Shown here: in pieces, positions 9,286-19,562 of the stretch
Layout: each line of letters begins with the position of its first letter
Numbering within the stretch: position 1 is the stretch's first letter
NCBI GenBank assembly: GCA_048938385.1
Contig: JBHLMG010000011.1
Coordinates: forward strand, 11,975 to 75,974
Reading direction: 5' to 3'
Source of the DNA: Promethearchaeota archaeon
GTDB taxonomy: Archaea > Asgardarchaeota > Hermodarchaeia > Hermodarchaeales > Hermodarchaeaceae
DNA length: 64,000 nt
Position numbers and translations under genes: made by a program
Notes under the pieces: model-generated
Databases searched by the model: none
What the model was told of the DNA's origin: nothing
The model's input: the letters and a program-made list of their open reading frames with translations, nothing else

Positions 9286-10512
9286 TTAGCCTTCGAATTG
9301 GCTTTTCAATCTAGACGGTGTTGCATGTTCGATTTTTACTGTGGTAAGATCGTGAAAAGTCTGGAATCGGTGAAGTTCTTCTCGAATAGGCTCAACTACC
9401 TTTGGGATTTCTTTTGATGGTAAAAAGACCTCGAAGTTACGGAGAATGAGGGTGCTCGTTTCCCGATTAGCTTTAGGATCAAGTCGTCCGATAACACGAT
9501 GCTGCCAAAGGATGGGTGTCACATAGTAACCGAACTGGCGCTGTGATGGAGGTGTATAGGCCTCTAATTTTAATTCTATTCCGAATAATTCTTTTACACG
9601 GGGTCGATTCCACAAGATGTTATCAAAGGGATTTAGGAACCATGCAGTTGAAGATGAATTGGATCGATCCTGCACTCGTTCGAGGAAGGGTAATTGTCGA
9701 GTGAGCATGTAATATTGATTTTTGACGGAAGGAACTGTGATTTTGGTCACGATATCTTCTTGTATTAAAATTTCAAGCTGCTTCTCCATTGTTTTTGTAC
9801 GGTTCTTAGAAATATTCAAAGCAAAATTACTACAGCTGATGTATTCACACAAGCCTTTCGCAGTGCATGCAACTAGAGAATCTAAGTTGCGTTCTATGAA
9901 ATATCGCCATACCATCTCTGGGTCAATGTGCTGGTCTAGGTATTTACTTGGGATGACGCGTTCGGATATGTCATAATATCTTTGGAAGCCTCGTCGTTCA
10001 GTGACTGCTAACCGACCAGTCTCCCACAGTAAGTCGAGTGCGTGTTTTGCTGGTTTCCAGTCCCAGAATCCTCCACGCCTTGTTGCGGTTGGGTCTTCGA
10101 AGTCCTTGCTACTGAGCGGGCCTTCATCTCGGACTCGTTGTTCGACGGCATCCATGAGCTTCTTGTATTTGATGAGCCGGCTCTTTTGCCAGCCATTACA
10201 ATGAATGGAAAATCGTTCCATGCGATGGCGGTAATATGGATATTCTTCAATGGGTACAAAACAGCAACCATGAGCAAAATGCTCAAACACTTCATTATTT
10301 CGAAGTGCGGTCCAAACTTGATCAGGATGGTAATTTCGAACACGGTGACGGAGAGTAAGGTGATGACTTCGCGCAACTACAGATATTGAATCAATCTGCA
10401 CAGCTGCTATCTGTTGTATTGTTTCACGAACAGATTTCCAAGAAGGTTTTTCATCTAATCCTTGTCGGATGATGAAGGCGGCTCTTATGAGTGGAATGTT
10501 AATTCCTTCCAC
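9286..10512 (-). CDS. ycaQ: YcaQ/AlkZ (HTH_42) crosslink-repair DNA glycosylase, QxD type
   Basis: VQIDSISVVARSH, RRGFQRYYD, LNPFDNILWNR, EAYTP..RQFGYY and GRLDPKA motifs. Confidence 0.88.
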   Translation of the reverse strand: MEGINIPLIRAAFIIRQGLDEKPSWKSVRETIQQIAAVQIDSISVVARSHHLTLRHRVRNYHPDQVWTALRNNEVFEHFAHGCCFVPIEEYPYYRHRMERFSIHCNGWQKSRLIKYKKLMDAVEQRVRDEGPLSSKDFEDPTATRRGGFWDWKPAKHALDLLWETGRLAVTERRGFQRYYDISERVIPSKYLDQHIDPEMVWRYFIERNLDSLVACTAKGLCEYISCSNFALNISKNRTKTMEKQLEILIQEDIVTKITVPSVKNQYYMLTRQLPFLERVQDRSNSSSTAWFLNPFDNILWNRPRVKELFGIELKLEAYTPPSQRQFGYYVTPILWQHRVIGRLDPKANRETSTLILRNFEVFLPSKEIPKVVEPIREELHRFQTFHDLTTVKIEHATPSRLKSQFEG

Positions 10513-10796
10513 AGCATCACTTCAAATGCTTCGGGTAAGCAATCACTAAGAACTTAGGTTATTAATAATCGACCTTTTGAGAAAACCTTCAAACTTTAGG
10601 TTTAGGCAAGAAAATGACAACCTTCGATAATGTACACAAAGGAGTCGATCAATTCTAGCAGAAATATTTTGCATCCTTTTGCCTTTTATCTAAGATTTTT
10701 ATAGATGACTTTAGTATGCCTTCATATAATGCTTGGGACTAGAGGATGGTTTTCTCTGTAATGGTTTCACAAGTATTGGATTTTGGTGGGTAGCAA

Positions 10797-13700
10797 ATGA
10801 GTAAATTATGGCTAAGGCAGCTCATGTGTTTGGTTGCAATCAATCTATTAGTTGTCCCTTCTTTAGTGGCAACAGCAATTCCATCATCGAAAAGCGAACC
10901 AAATGATGCGTTCACGACCTTCAAAATCCCTGATTCTGAGCCGAAATCGACGAATGATATCGCAAATGGTTTGTCTAATTTTGTTGAAGAAATACCTGAA
11001 GCAGAAAGGGATTGGTATTGGCAGAAAAACGATGGTGCATGGCAAGATTATCGCGGTTGGCTTGAATCCTACCGGCAAATGGCTGAAGGTATACGACATT
11101 ACGAAACAAGTTATTTTAATAGTGCAGAGCCCGGTTTCTCGCTCAATGAACAATTAATCGGAAACCGGTTGCATATTACAGTCCAGGTGGGGGAGTATAG
11201 CATCATTACCTACGCCTTCGAAACAGATTCGTATCAGGCTTTGCTCATCGAAGACACTGAAGTGACCACCACCTATGGGCAACCTACTATTCCCTTCAAG
11301 AACCTCTTGTATTCACTTCCTGAGGGAGTTCATCCCCTCTCTGTCCAAATTCAGAAACAAGAGACCGAACTAATTTCGGGGTTATCTCTCATTCCTGGAG
11401 CAGCTCCGATGCATCTGGCAAGTAGTCATAGAACCCAGGACGAGTTGTATTTCAGTGAACAAGGTTATTCTGATTCGACCTTTACTCCCGTTGAATTCCT
11501 AGACTATCAGACGGTTGGAATGAAGGGCCAACCTGGAGTATTAGTCAATCTACACCTCTTACAGTATAATCCCGTGCAAAAACAAGCCCACCTCATAACT
11601 TGTCTCGAGTTTGATCTAGTCTTCAGCGCATCCGTTGCATGGTCCGAGTTGACTTCAAATCCCTATGATTCTCAGTACAATGGAGCAGGGCAAGGGTATG
11701 TAATCGTCGCTCCTACAGCGTTTCTATCCGCCTTGAATACCTTTGTCCAATGGAAAAGCGATCTTGGATTTGATGTTTCCATTACTACGATAGAAAATGT
11801 CTATGCCACCTATTCTGGACGTGACCGGGCAGAACAACTCCGGAACTTCGTCATAGCGTCATTCACTGAAAATGCTACCCAGTACTTCCTCCTTGTTGGG
11901 GATTGTGATGTCGTCCCAACACGGGAAGTTTGGGATCCTTATCTGGCTGGAGGTCTTGATAACGGAACTGAACCAAGTGATATGTATTTTGAGTGCTTGG
12001 ATGGCGATTGGGATGCTAACGCAAACAACCTTTTTGGAGAGGCAGATGATGCTGTTGACTTTTTCCCTGAAGTATCAGTAGGTCGGCTTCCCGTTCAAAC
12101 TCTCACCGAAGCTGAAGATGTGCTTTCAGGTATTATTCAGCTAGAAAGCAATCCTTCTCCTGGAAATTGGATGGATGATTTTCTCCTAATCGGCCCCGAC
12201 TGTTTTGGAATGGGGGATGGGGCGAATATGCTCGAAGAGGAACTCAACCAGTGGTTTCTTTACGACTCTTTCTTTGATGTTCATCGTCTATATCCCACGG
12301 ATGGCTCGTTATCTAATACGAATGTAATTAGCCGACTAAATACAGGCGTGGGTATCGTTGACTTCTTTGACCATGGCTGGTATGGTGGGTGGGTTGGTGC
12401 CCTAAACGAGGAAGATTACGGTGAGGTTTCTGGATTGGTAAATGGAGCTAGACGGCCATTTGCCTTTGCAATGGCTTGTGAAACCGCTGCCTTTGACGCA
12501 GAATTCGTCGAACCTACAATTGGCGAAGCGTTCTTCCGCAATCCAAATGGTGGTGCCGTTGCCTACATCGGAGCAACCCGTATTGCTTGGGCAGGTTACC
12601 ACGCCTTTGATGGACTCCACCATCGGTTCTGGCGTTCGTTTTTCGAAACTGCACTTCAAGATCAACTGGTCTCTCCTAAACAAGCGCTTCAATCTGCACT
12701 TTATGAAATGGTAACGACCTACTCGATGTCTGATCCGATCAGTCTCGAAACCGTCTACCAAGCCATCTATTTTGGCGATCCCTCCATGCAATTGTATTGG
12801 AAATACAAGGTAACCAACACAGCCACTCCTGTGGAGGTCAATGAACAAGTACAACTCAATGGCACCTGCTCCATGTTCTTTAATAAGACACCAATTGTAG
12901 ATGCCGTTAATGTCGTAGTTCGCGATCCCATCGGGCGAATAGTCTACATCAACAACCACCTCACTGACAGTCAGGGTAACTACACCGCCACCTTTTCAGT
13001 CAATGAACTTGCAGGTAACTACACCGTATCTACAACGATATCCCAGGCTTTTCTTCACACGACTATCAACACCTTCTATGTAGGAAACTTATCAGTCGCT
13101 GTTCAGTTAGATTCTACTCCGACCTACCACAGTTTACTTGCTTTTTCAGGGAGCGCCAACAAAGATGGCGCAGCCAATGCCTCTCTAGTTGACACTAGTG
13201 GGAATATCCAAGCCAGCAAGTTATTCACCATCACGGGAGGAACCTATTCAGAAACATTGAATGTTACAGAATTTGGGTGGCTTCAACTTTTCATTTTTCT
13301 CACGAATGAAACTGAACATGGCGGTGTAAGTGAACCCTTCCAAGTGACACGAGGTGAGATACTCGTGATTGCGGATTCTAGTGGTGGGTGGGGACCAGAT
13401 TATCCTGGAGGATGGGCAGACAATAACTACGGCGATTCAACCAACACAGGTGACTTTGTTATCGCACTTAAGGACGAATATCATGTTTTCGTTTACCGTC
13501 CACGATACAATCTGACACCTAGTCTATTATTCCTCGAATCCTTCGATGCGGTAATAGTTTCCGTTGGAGATAACTACGGATATCCCCTCATTGCTCCGGA
13601 TAGTTTTCTGTTAGATGTCTTACATTCGTATCACAATTCAGGTGGCAACCTCTTGCTTGAGGGCTGCCAGATTTCAACAACTCTAGCCTCCACTCAATAT

Positions 13701-16700
13701 AATCAGACCTTTGAAAGCTTCACGCACACAGATTATTCAGGTAGCTTGATTAATTCTCCCTCAATCACGCTTGTTAATCAGTTGCACACAATTACCTCAG
13801 GATTGCCTAGTACGATCTCCCTGCTTGGTGGCCTAGGAACTCCATACGCTGATATCATTATTCCAATCAATGGTTCAGAACGAGTGAGTGGTTATCTTGG
13901 GGAACCTTCCCCTGGTTCCGCGATTACAGCACTTACACCTACCCAATCTTATGGGGGTGTTGTCTATTTTGCCTTCTCAATTGATGCCATTGGTAATCAG
14001 AATCATCGTAACCTCATAATCCAAAATGCAGTCGCTTATCTCCTTCAACCTCGACTTGAGGCTACTCTCTCCGATGATGCCTTACAGACGGGAACATCTG
14101 AGGTAATTTTCGTTGAAGTACTGGAAGCCGCTACAAGTCAACCTGTTTTTAATGCGAATGTAACCTTCTTGGGGTGTGGAGTTATGGCTACTAATCAAAC
14201 CCTCACAGATGGTACTTGCTCAATTTTTATCACACCCACCACTGAAGGCCTCATCCTCGTATCAATAAACAAATTAGGATATCTCAATTTCACAGCTGTA
14301 ATCATCGTCTATGATATCCCAACAATTGCTGTCGAAACGAATCCTAGCTACCTTGAAAAGTATGAAAGCCAGTTGCTCACTATTCGGACGACGGACTATT
14401 ACGAGCACTTCCCTCTCGATACCTGCTTTGTTAATGTTATAGGTTGTGGAGTTAGTGATTCTGGGTATACCAACTCCTCGGGGTTGGTTGAGTTCACCGT
14501 AACACCGACCGCTTCAGGGTTGATTGCGATTGGTGCTAATCTCACGGGATACATTAATGTCACAAGCTCAATTGGTGTCCGATATATCGCAGTAGTTCTT
14601 CCCAGTGCAGGGACTATGTATCCAAGCGATTTCTGTTGGGACGAGATCAACCTCAACTGGCAGGACTATGGAAGCATTCCAATTTTTATAAACTATACGG
14701 CATTTCCAGTAACAAATACCAGCTTTTCTTTAGCGGACCTTGAAGCCATTAACGCAGATGCACTAATTATCCCTTATGTCTTTGAAGCGTTTTCACCTGA
14801 AGAAATAGACGCTGTTACAACCTATGTTCGCGCTGGTCATGGTCTTTTTACTAGTGGATATGCCTTATACCTCAACCCAGAAACGCTGGGACCCTTTTTT
14901 GGGCTCATCGATAACATCACCTTTTCCGCAAATTTTGTACCGTCCTTTGATATTCTCCAGCCACTGCACCCAGTTTTCGAGAACCTTCCTGACCCGTTTT
15001 CTACCTATTATGGGCTGTCATTTCACCCTCTAGCGACGGGTTGGGATAGCTCAGTCCTTGATGGGGCTATTTATCTTGCCAAAGATACATCTGGCTATAA
15101 TTATGGAACCGTGTTAACTCATCGAGGAATGATTTTTACCTCGCACCATCCCGAGCTGCTATCAAATCGTGATGATACCCAGTTAGTATATAACGCCCTA
15201 GCCTGGTCGAAATTTGCGATTCCTGACCATGACCTCCGAGTTACACTCGATGTGCCGGACTACTGTGAACCAGGTGATACAACCAAAATTAACGCAACCG
15301 TGTTTAATGAAGGGAAAAATAACGAGACAAACTTACTTCTCCAACTATTCATCAATGATCTCGAAGTAGCTACTCTTCCAATAGCAGAACTAGCAAACTT
15401 TACGAGCCAGACCCTCACATACCTTTGGAATCCATCTATAGAAGCTATCTACAATATCACTGCATATGTCGCTCCTGTTCCGGATGAATATTCTAATACT
15501 AATAATGTTGCTACTCACTTCGTTCATGTTCGTTATATCCAAGGATGGATCCTCTGGGATGACATTCACAGTACTGATTCCATGATGTCTTATTCGACTT
15601 GGCTGACGGATCTCGTCGCGTTGGGTTATGTCATCGAAGCGGTTTCATTTGGATCAATCACCTCAACCCTCTTGGATGATTATCACATCCTCATCTGTGC
15701 TCAACCCCATGTAAGCTATTCTTCCTCTGAACAAACCGCAATTCACTCATTTGTAACGAATGGAGGAGGATTACTGGTTATTGGGGATGATACACCCTCC
15801 ATCTTCGATTCTCTGACGCAATTTGCAGGGATTGACTGGGAAAGTGGAGGAGTAAGTGGCACCACCACGGACATCACATTGCACCCCGTAACCGAGAATG
15901 TGTCTTCTGCATATTTCGGAGCTCCTATAAGCCGACTCATAGTATCAGGTCAGGCCATCAGTCTCATCCGAAATGGTGGTGAAACTTTACTAGCTGCTGC
16001 GGAAGTAGGACCGGGTCGGGTAATTGGAATTGGCGATGAAGATTGCATTAACGAATATGCCATCAATCAAGCCGATAATCGTCAGTTGGCCCTCAACATG
16101 ATTGCATGGCTCACCGTACAGTACCCCCACGAAGTCCTTGTTGAACTTGAAACACCTAGCTACGCCAATCCGGGCGAACAGCTTTCTCTCAACATGACGG
16201 TCTGGAACAGAGGTACGGAAAACGAAACGAATCTCACACTCCAATTATTTATCAACGAGTCCCTCATCGACACATACTTAATTCCTAAACTTAACGCTAG
16301 CCACTCAACTAGATTTACTAAACAATGGACGCCGTCCGGCCTTGGATACTACAACATCACAGCCTATGTACTCCCCGTTCCCTTGGAGAATATCACTTGG
16401 AATAACCGAGATACCAATTGGGTGCTAATCCGGAACATTTACGCTCACCTTCTCTACGATTTTACACATGGCAACCAGTTACCCCAGAACTTTTCTATCT
16501 GGTTCGAAGAAGTCCTGGCTCTTGGCATTGCTATCGATGTGTTATACGCTGGACCAATCAGTGCCGCTACTCTCATCGGCTATGATGGCTTGATAAGCGT
16601 AACGCCGTTTTACAACTACTCAACCCCTGAGCTAACGACAATCCAAAGCTTCGTAGATAGTGGTGGGGCGTTACTAGTAGTGGGCGAATGGGCACCAGAG

Positions 16701-17711
16701 GTTTGTACTTCCCTCACATCATTTGCAGGTATCACCTTCATCGAAGATTGGAATGTCAGTACAGTTACTGATATTACTCCTCACACAATCACACAAGGTG
16801 TCGATTCCTTGGACATCGGCTATTTAGGGGCACGCCTTGATGTTTCTCCGGTAGCGATGAACCTTGCCCGAACAGTGGAAGGCAAATGCGTATTGGCAGC
16901 CTTCGAAGATATTGGTCGGGTTATCGGCTTTACTTCCTCCTTAGCATTAACTGATTACAGGATTGGAAACATGGATAACCTCCTTCTTGCCATCAATATG
17001 GTCGCCTGGATGGTAGATGACAATCTCCGCCCCTCTGTGCCTGTTCTACAAGCTATTAGCGATATCATCACAACTTCGGAGTTTCCTGCTTCGTGGTCTG
17101 AGGCAAGCGATCCTGATGGCTATATTGTTACCTATCAGTTACAAGTAGCCCTAGATGACCTCTTCTCAACGATCTATCAAACCGTTGTTACCACCATCAC
17201 CACAAGTAATGTGACGGTGTCAAGCGATGGTGTATATTATCTTCGGGTCCGTTCTCAAGACAATGAGTATCGCTACAGCCTATGGAGCAATGTCATTTCT
17301 GTAACTGTTGAACTCGCAAATCTTGCTCCCACCGCACCCACACTGAGCCTAGTACGAAACGATGATGGCTCAATCACATGCACTTGGACAACCTCTACTG
17401 ATCCTGATGGTCAAGTTGTCTCCTATCTCCTTCAATGTTCCAACTTTCCAACATTCCTCCTCGTCTATCACTCGTGGACGGTGAATCATACCTCAATCAT
17501 TATTGCTAGCCTCGAACCAGGTATGCACTACTTCCGAGTTGCGGCAATTGATGATGAAGGGGCATACAGCCTCTGGAGCAACAGTTGTGACATGTTAATC
17601 CCTGGAATTCCAAATTCCCTCCTCATTGGGATAGCTGCATTACTTGTCACTACCGTTGGGGTAGTGCTAGTTGTGTATTGGATTCGTATACGCCGAAAGG
17701 AAAGTGCATAA
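10797..17711 (+). CDS. Giant membrane-anchored C25 (gingipain-like, clan CD) cysteine peptidase with Ig/CARDB, GATase-like (GIFT/DUF4350-type) and FN3 modules
   Basis: Signal peptide, propeptide, YFLLVGD, PSDMYFECLDGDWD, VSVGRLP, FDHG (His526), MACET (Cys561), FGDP, and a C-terminal TM plus RRK. Confidence 0.88.
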   Translation: MSKLWLRQLMCLVAINLLVVPSLVATAIPSSKSEPNDAFTTFKIPDSEPKSTNDIANGLSNFVEEIPEAERDWYWQKNDGAWQDYRGWLESYRQMAEGIRHYETSYFNSAEPGFSLNEQLIGNRLHITVQVGEYSIITYAFETDSYQALLIEDTEVTTTYGQPTIPFKNLLYSLPEGVHPLSVQIQKQETELISGLSLIPGAAPMHLASSHRTQDELYFSEQGYSDSTFTPVEFLDYQTVGMKGQPGVLVNLHLLQYNPVQKQAHLITCLEFDLVFSASVAWSELTSNPYDSQYNGAGQGYVIVAPTAFLSALNTFVQWKSDLGFDVSITTIENVYATYSGRDRAEQLRNFVIASFTENATQYFLLVGDCDVVPTREVWDPYLAGGLDNGTEPSDMYFECLDGDWDANANNLFGEADDAVDFFPEVSVGRLPVQTLTEAEDVLSGIIQLESNPSPGNWMDDFLLIGPDCFGMGDGANMLEEELNQWFLYDSFFDVHRLYPTDGSLSNTNVISRLNTGVGIVDFFDHGWYGGWVGALNEEDYGEVSGLVNGARRPFAFAMACETAAFDAEFVEPTIGEAFFRNPNGGAVAYIGATRIAWAGYHAFDGLHHRFWRSFFETALQDQLVSPKQALQSALYEMVTTYSMSDPISLETVYQAIYFGDPSMQLYWKYKVTNTATPVEVNEQVQLNGTCSMFFNKTPIVDAVNVVVRDPIGRIVYINNHLTDSQGNYTATFSVNELAGNYTVSTTISQAFLHTTINTFYVGNLSVAVQLDSTPTYHSLLAFSGSANKDGAANASLVDTSGNIQASKLFTITGGTYSETLNVTEFGWLQLFIFLTNETEHGGVSEPFQVTRGEILVIADSSGGWGPDYPGGWADNNYGDSTNTGDFVIALKDEYHVFVYRPRYNLTPSLLFLESFDAVIVSVGDNYGYPLIAPDSFLLDVLHSYHNSGGNLLLEGCQISTTLASTQYNQTFESFTHTDYSGSLINSPSITLVNQLHTITSGLPSTISLLGGLGTPYADIIIPINGSERVSGYLGEPSPGSAITALTPTQSYGGVVYFAFSIDAIGNQNHRNLIIQNAVAYLLQPRLEATLSDDALQTGTSEVIFVEVLEAATSQPVFNANVTFLGCGVMATNQTLTDGTCSIFITPTTEGLILVSINKLGYLNFTAVIIVYDIPTIAVETNPSYLEKYESQLLTIRTTDYYEHFPLDTCFVNVIGCGVSDSGYTNSSGLVEFTVTPTASGLIAIGANLTGYINVTSSIGVRYIAVVLPSAGTMYPSDFCWDEINLNWQDYGSIPIFINYTAFPVTNTSFSLADLEAINADALIIPYVFEAFSPEEIDAVTTYVRAGHGLFTSGYALYLNPETLGPFFGLIDNITFSANFVPSFDILQPLHPVFENLPDPFSTYYGLSFHPLATGWDSSVLDGAIYLAKDTSGYNYGTVLTHRGMIFTSHHPELLSNRDDTQLVYNALAWSKFAIPDHDLRVTLDVPDYCEPGDTTKINATVFNEGKNNETNLLLQLFINDLEVATLPIAELANFTSQTLTYLWNPSIEAIYNITAYVAPVPDEYSNTNNVATHFVHVRYIQGWILWDDIHSTDSMMSYSTWLTDLVALGYVIEAVSFGSITSTLLDDYHILICAQPHVSYSSSEQTAIHSFVTNGGGLLVIGDDTPSIFDSLTQFAGIDWESGGVSGTTTDITLHPVTENVSSAYFGAPISRLIVSGQAISLIRNGGETLLAAAEVGPGRVIGIGDEDCINEYAINQADNRQLALNMIAWLTVQYPHEVLVELETPSYANPGEQLSLNMTVWNRGTENETNLTLQLFINESLIDTYLIPKLNASHSTRFTKQWTPSGLGYYNITAYVLPVPLENITWNNRDTNWVLIRNIYAHLLYDFTHGNQLPQNFSIWFEEVLALGIAIDVLYAGPISAATLIGYDGLISVTPFYNYSTPELTTIQSFVDSGGALLVVGEWAPEVCTSLTSFAGITFIEDWNVSTVTDITPHTITQGVDSLDIGYLGARLDVSPVAMNLARTVEGKCVLAAFEDIGRVIGFTSSLALTDYRIGNMDNLLLAINMVAWMVDDNLRPSVPVLQAISDIITTSEFPASWSEASDPDGYIVTYQLQVALDDLFSTIYQTVVTTITTSNVTVSSDGVYYLRVRSQDNEYRYSLWSNVISVTVELANLAPTAPTLSLVRNDDGSITCTWTTSTDPDGQVVSYLLQCSNFPTFLLVYHSWTVNHTSIIIASLEPGMHYFRVAAIDDEGAYSLWSNSCDMLIPGIPNSLLIGIAALLVTTVGVVLVVYWIRIRRKESA

Positions 17712-17756
17712 ACCTCAACCAAACTTTTTTGGTATGTGCTCAGAGTAGTGAGATTC

Positions 17757-18545
17757 CTATTCAGAGGTAGTTGAAAATCCCAGCATTCGTGGTATTAGTT
17801 CTTCTAACGCCGCAGAGAGTGTTGGTCCCTTTGGATTTCGAGTTTCATAATACGAAATCCCTAACTTTTGGGCTAGTAATTTACCCTGTTTACGGGTGAC
17901 TTTTCGGCGACCAGCATGTTGGTTTTTGTGACCAATGAGGATGGAGGGGATATTACCACTGGTTTGTTGTATGATCTCATGAAGTGTTGGTAGGTGAGCT
18001 AATCCTTCTTTGTTGAGAACATCAAAGATGTATAGGGCACCATGAGCCCCCTGATAATATGTACGGCGGTCAGGATCTTGTGGTGGGAGTACATTCCAAG
18101 CTAGGACACGAATGCGATTGTCAGCGTTCTTGAAGTCACGCACTGCTAGTGTAAATCCAAGGGTTAATCGATAGTCTCGAGGGCTGAGTTCAAAGCCCGA
18201 TCGTTTTAACAGTGGTAACACATCGAAGGCTCGGTCACTAACCACGAGAAGTTTCAATCCGAATTTTCGTTGGGTGAGTTCACCAGCGAGGCGCTGTCCC
18301 GATTCAATGATAATGCCCCCGGGGAGAATTTGTTTGTCCGCCAGCCAAGTGTGAAACTTAACAGCCATTTTTGCTTCTTGCTGTTTAATTGGGTCAAGGT
18401 GAGCACGAGATTTTAATGTCTGTGCCGTGGCTTCGTCGTTGACGACAGTTAATCGCATATCGAAACGTTGCAATAGAGTGTGGCAACTAGGGCATTGCCC
18501 GTGTTCATCGGGCTTTACTGTTTTTCCACAAGACCAGCACTGCAA
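17757..18545 (-). CDS. Zinc ribbon plus degenerate Rab-like small-GTPase domain
   Basis: N-terminal CWSC..CPSC. Rab-like framework YRLTLG, YYQGAHGALYIFDV, ILIGHK and YYET, with the P-loop and G3 eroded. Confidence 0.75.
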   Translation of the reverse strand: MQCWSCGKTVKPDEHGQCPSCHTLLQRFDMRLTVVNDEATAQTLKSRAHLDPIKQQEAKMAVKFHTWLADKQILPGGIIIESGQRLAGELTQRKFGLKLLVVSDRAFDVLPLLKRSGFELSPRDYRLTLGFTLAVRDFKNADNRIRVLAWNVLPPQDPDRRTYYQGAHGALYIFDVLNKEGLAHLPTLHEIIQQTSGNIPSILIGHKNQHAGRRKVTRKQGKLLAQKLGISYYETRNPKGPTLSAALEELIPRMLGFSTTSE

Positions 18546-18646
18546 GGTGATATGCTCCCATCTGGAAGAAAATCAAAATAAAACGAATTCGAGTACCAGA
18601 TATACTTTGTGTTAATTGTGGAATCCGTGATGAATCAAGATAGTCA

Positions 18647-19387
18647 TCAGCGTTCTTGTTTGATTAGCACGACATGGTGATAACCATCATTGTTGAGGTC
18701 TTTGCTGATGGTCCATTGGGCCTTTTCGATGGTGTCAAAGAATTCTTGGAATGTGGGTAGCCAGAGTGGGAACCAACTCGAAGCATACGCGAGATATCGC
18801 CAGCGTAACCGGATTTGACCAATAGGGAGGCCCTCGGCACGGTTGCGTTGATGAAGGGCGAGGTGATAAGGTTTCTTAGTTCCTGATGGATCTGCAAAAG
18901 AGAGTAAGATTTTAGCTTGGCGGGAACCGAGTTGATGAATACGGTTGAGCATCTTTACAGTATCCGTTGGGGTTCCACAGATTCCAAAATTGTTGAAAAG
19001 TAACAGGAAGGTATTGAAGGATTGCTGAAAGGATGGAAGGTTGGTTGCAGAGCCGTGAACGGTCTTTTTCAGGCCTCGTTGCCTACAGACAGAGATGGCA
19101 CCTTCAGAGATATCAAACCCTGTCACATCCATGCCTTGCTCCTGAAGATAAAGCGCATGACGGCCCGCACCACAACCGATATCGAGTATTGGGGATTCGG
19201 CGTGTTGAAGGATTTCTCGTTCATGAGCTGGCCACTCCTCAACAGTGGTAAAATACTTCTGCGCGGTGGGGCAATCGATGTACCCATCGTCTCGTTCAAG
19301 CCCATGGTAGATTGGTTCCGTGGAATCAAGCTGAGCTTTGAGAATTCGTCCAAAGACATCAGGGGTTTCCTGAAGTTCTAAGAGCAT
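18647..19387 (-). CDS. Class I SAM-dependent methyltransferase
   Basis: ILDIGCGAGRH and GFDIS motifs. Confidence 0.9.
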   Translation of the reverse strand: MLLELQETPDVFGRILKAQLDSTEPIYHGLERDDGYIDCPTAQKYFTTVEEWPAHEREILQHAESPILDIGCGAGRHALYLQEQGMDVTGFDISEGAISVCRQRGLKKTVHGSATNLPSFQQSFNTFLLLFNNFGICGTPTDTVKMLNRIHQLGSRQAKILLSFADPSGTKKPYHLALHQRNRAEGLPIGQIRLRWRYLAYASSWFPLWLPTFQEFFDTIEKAQWTISKDLNNDGYHHVVLIKQER

Positions 19388-19562
19388 ACTCTCACTTCAA
19401 AGTGACTAAGGACATCCAGTTAAATAAGCGCTAGGTCTGTAGACCTTACTTTAGCTAGCTTCTTGTTCTAAAAGCCTTATTTCCTTCATACAACCATGGG
19501 AACTTGAACGCATAGATTTTTGGACTATTCTGTCCAATACTACATGAACGGGAGGGTTTCAT

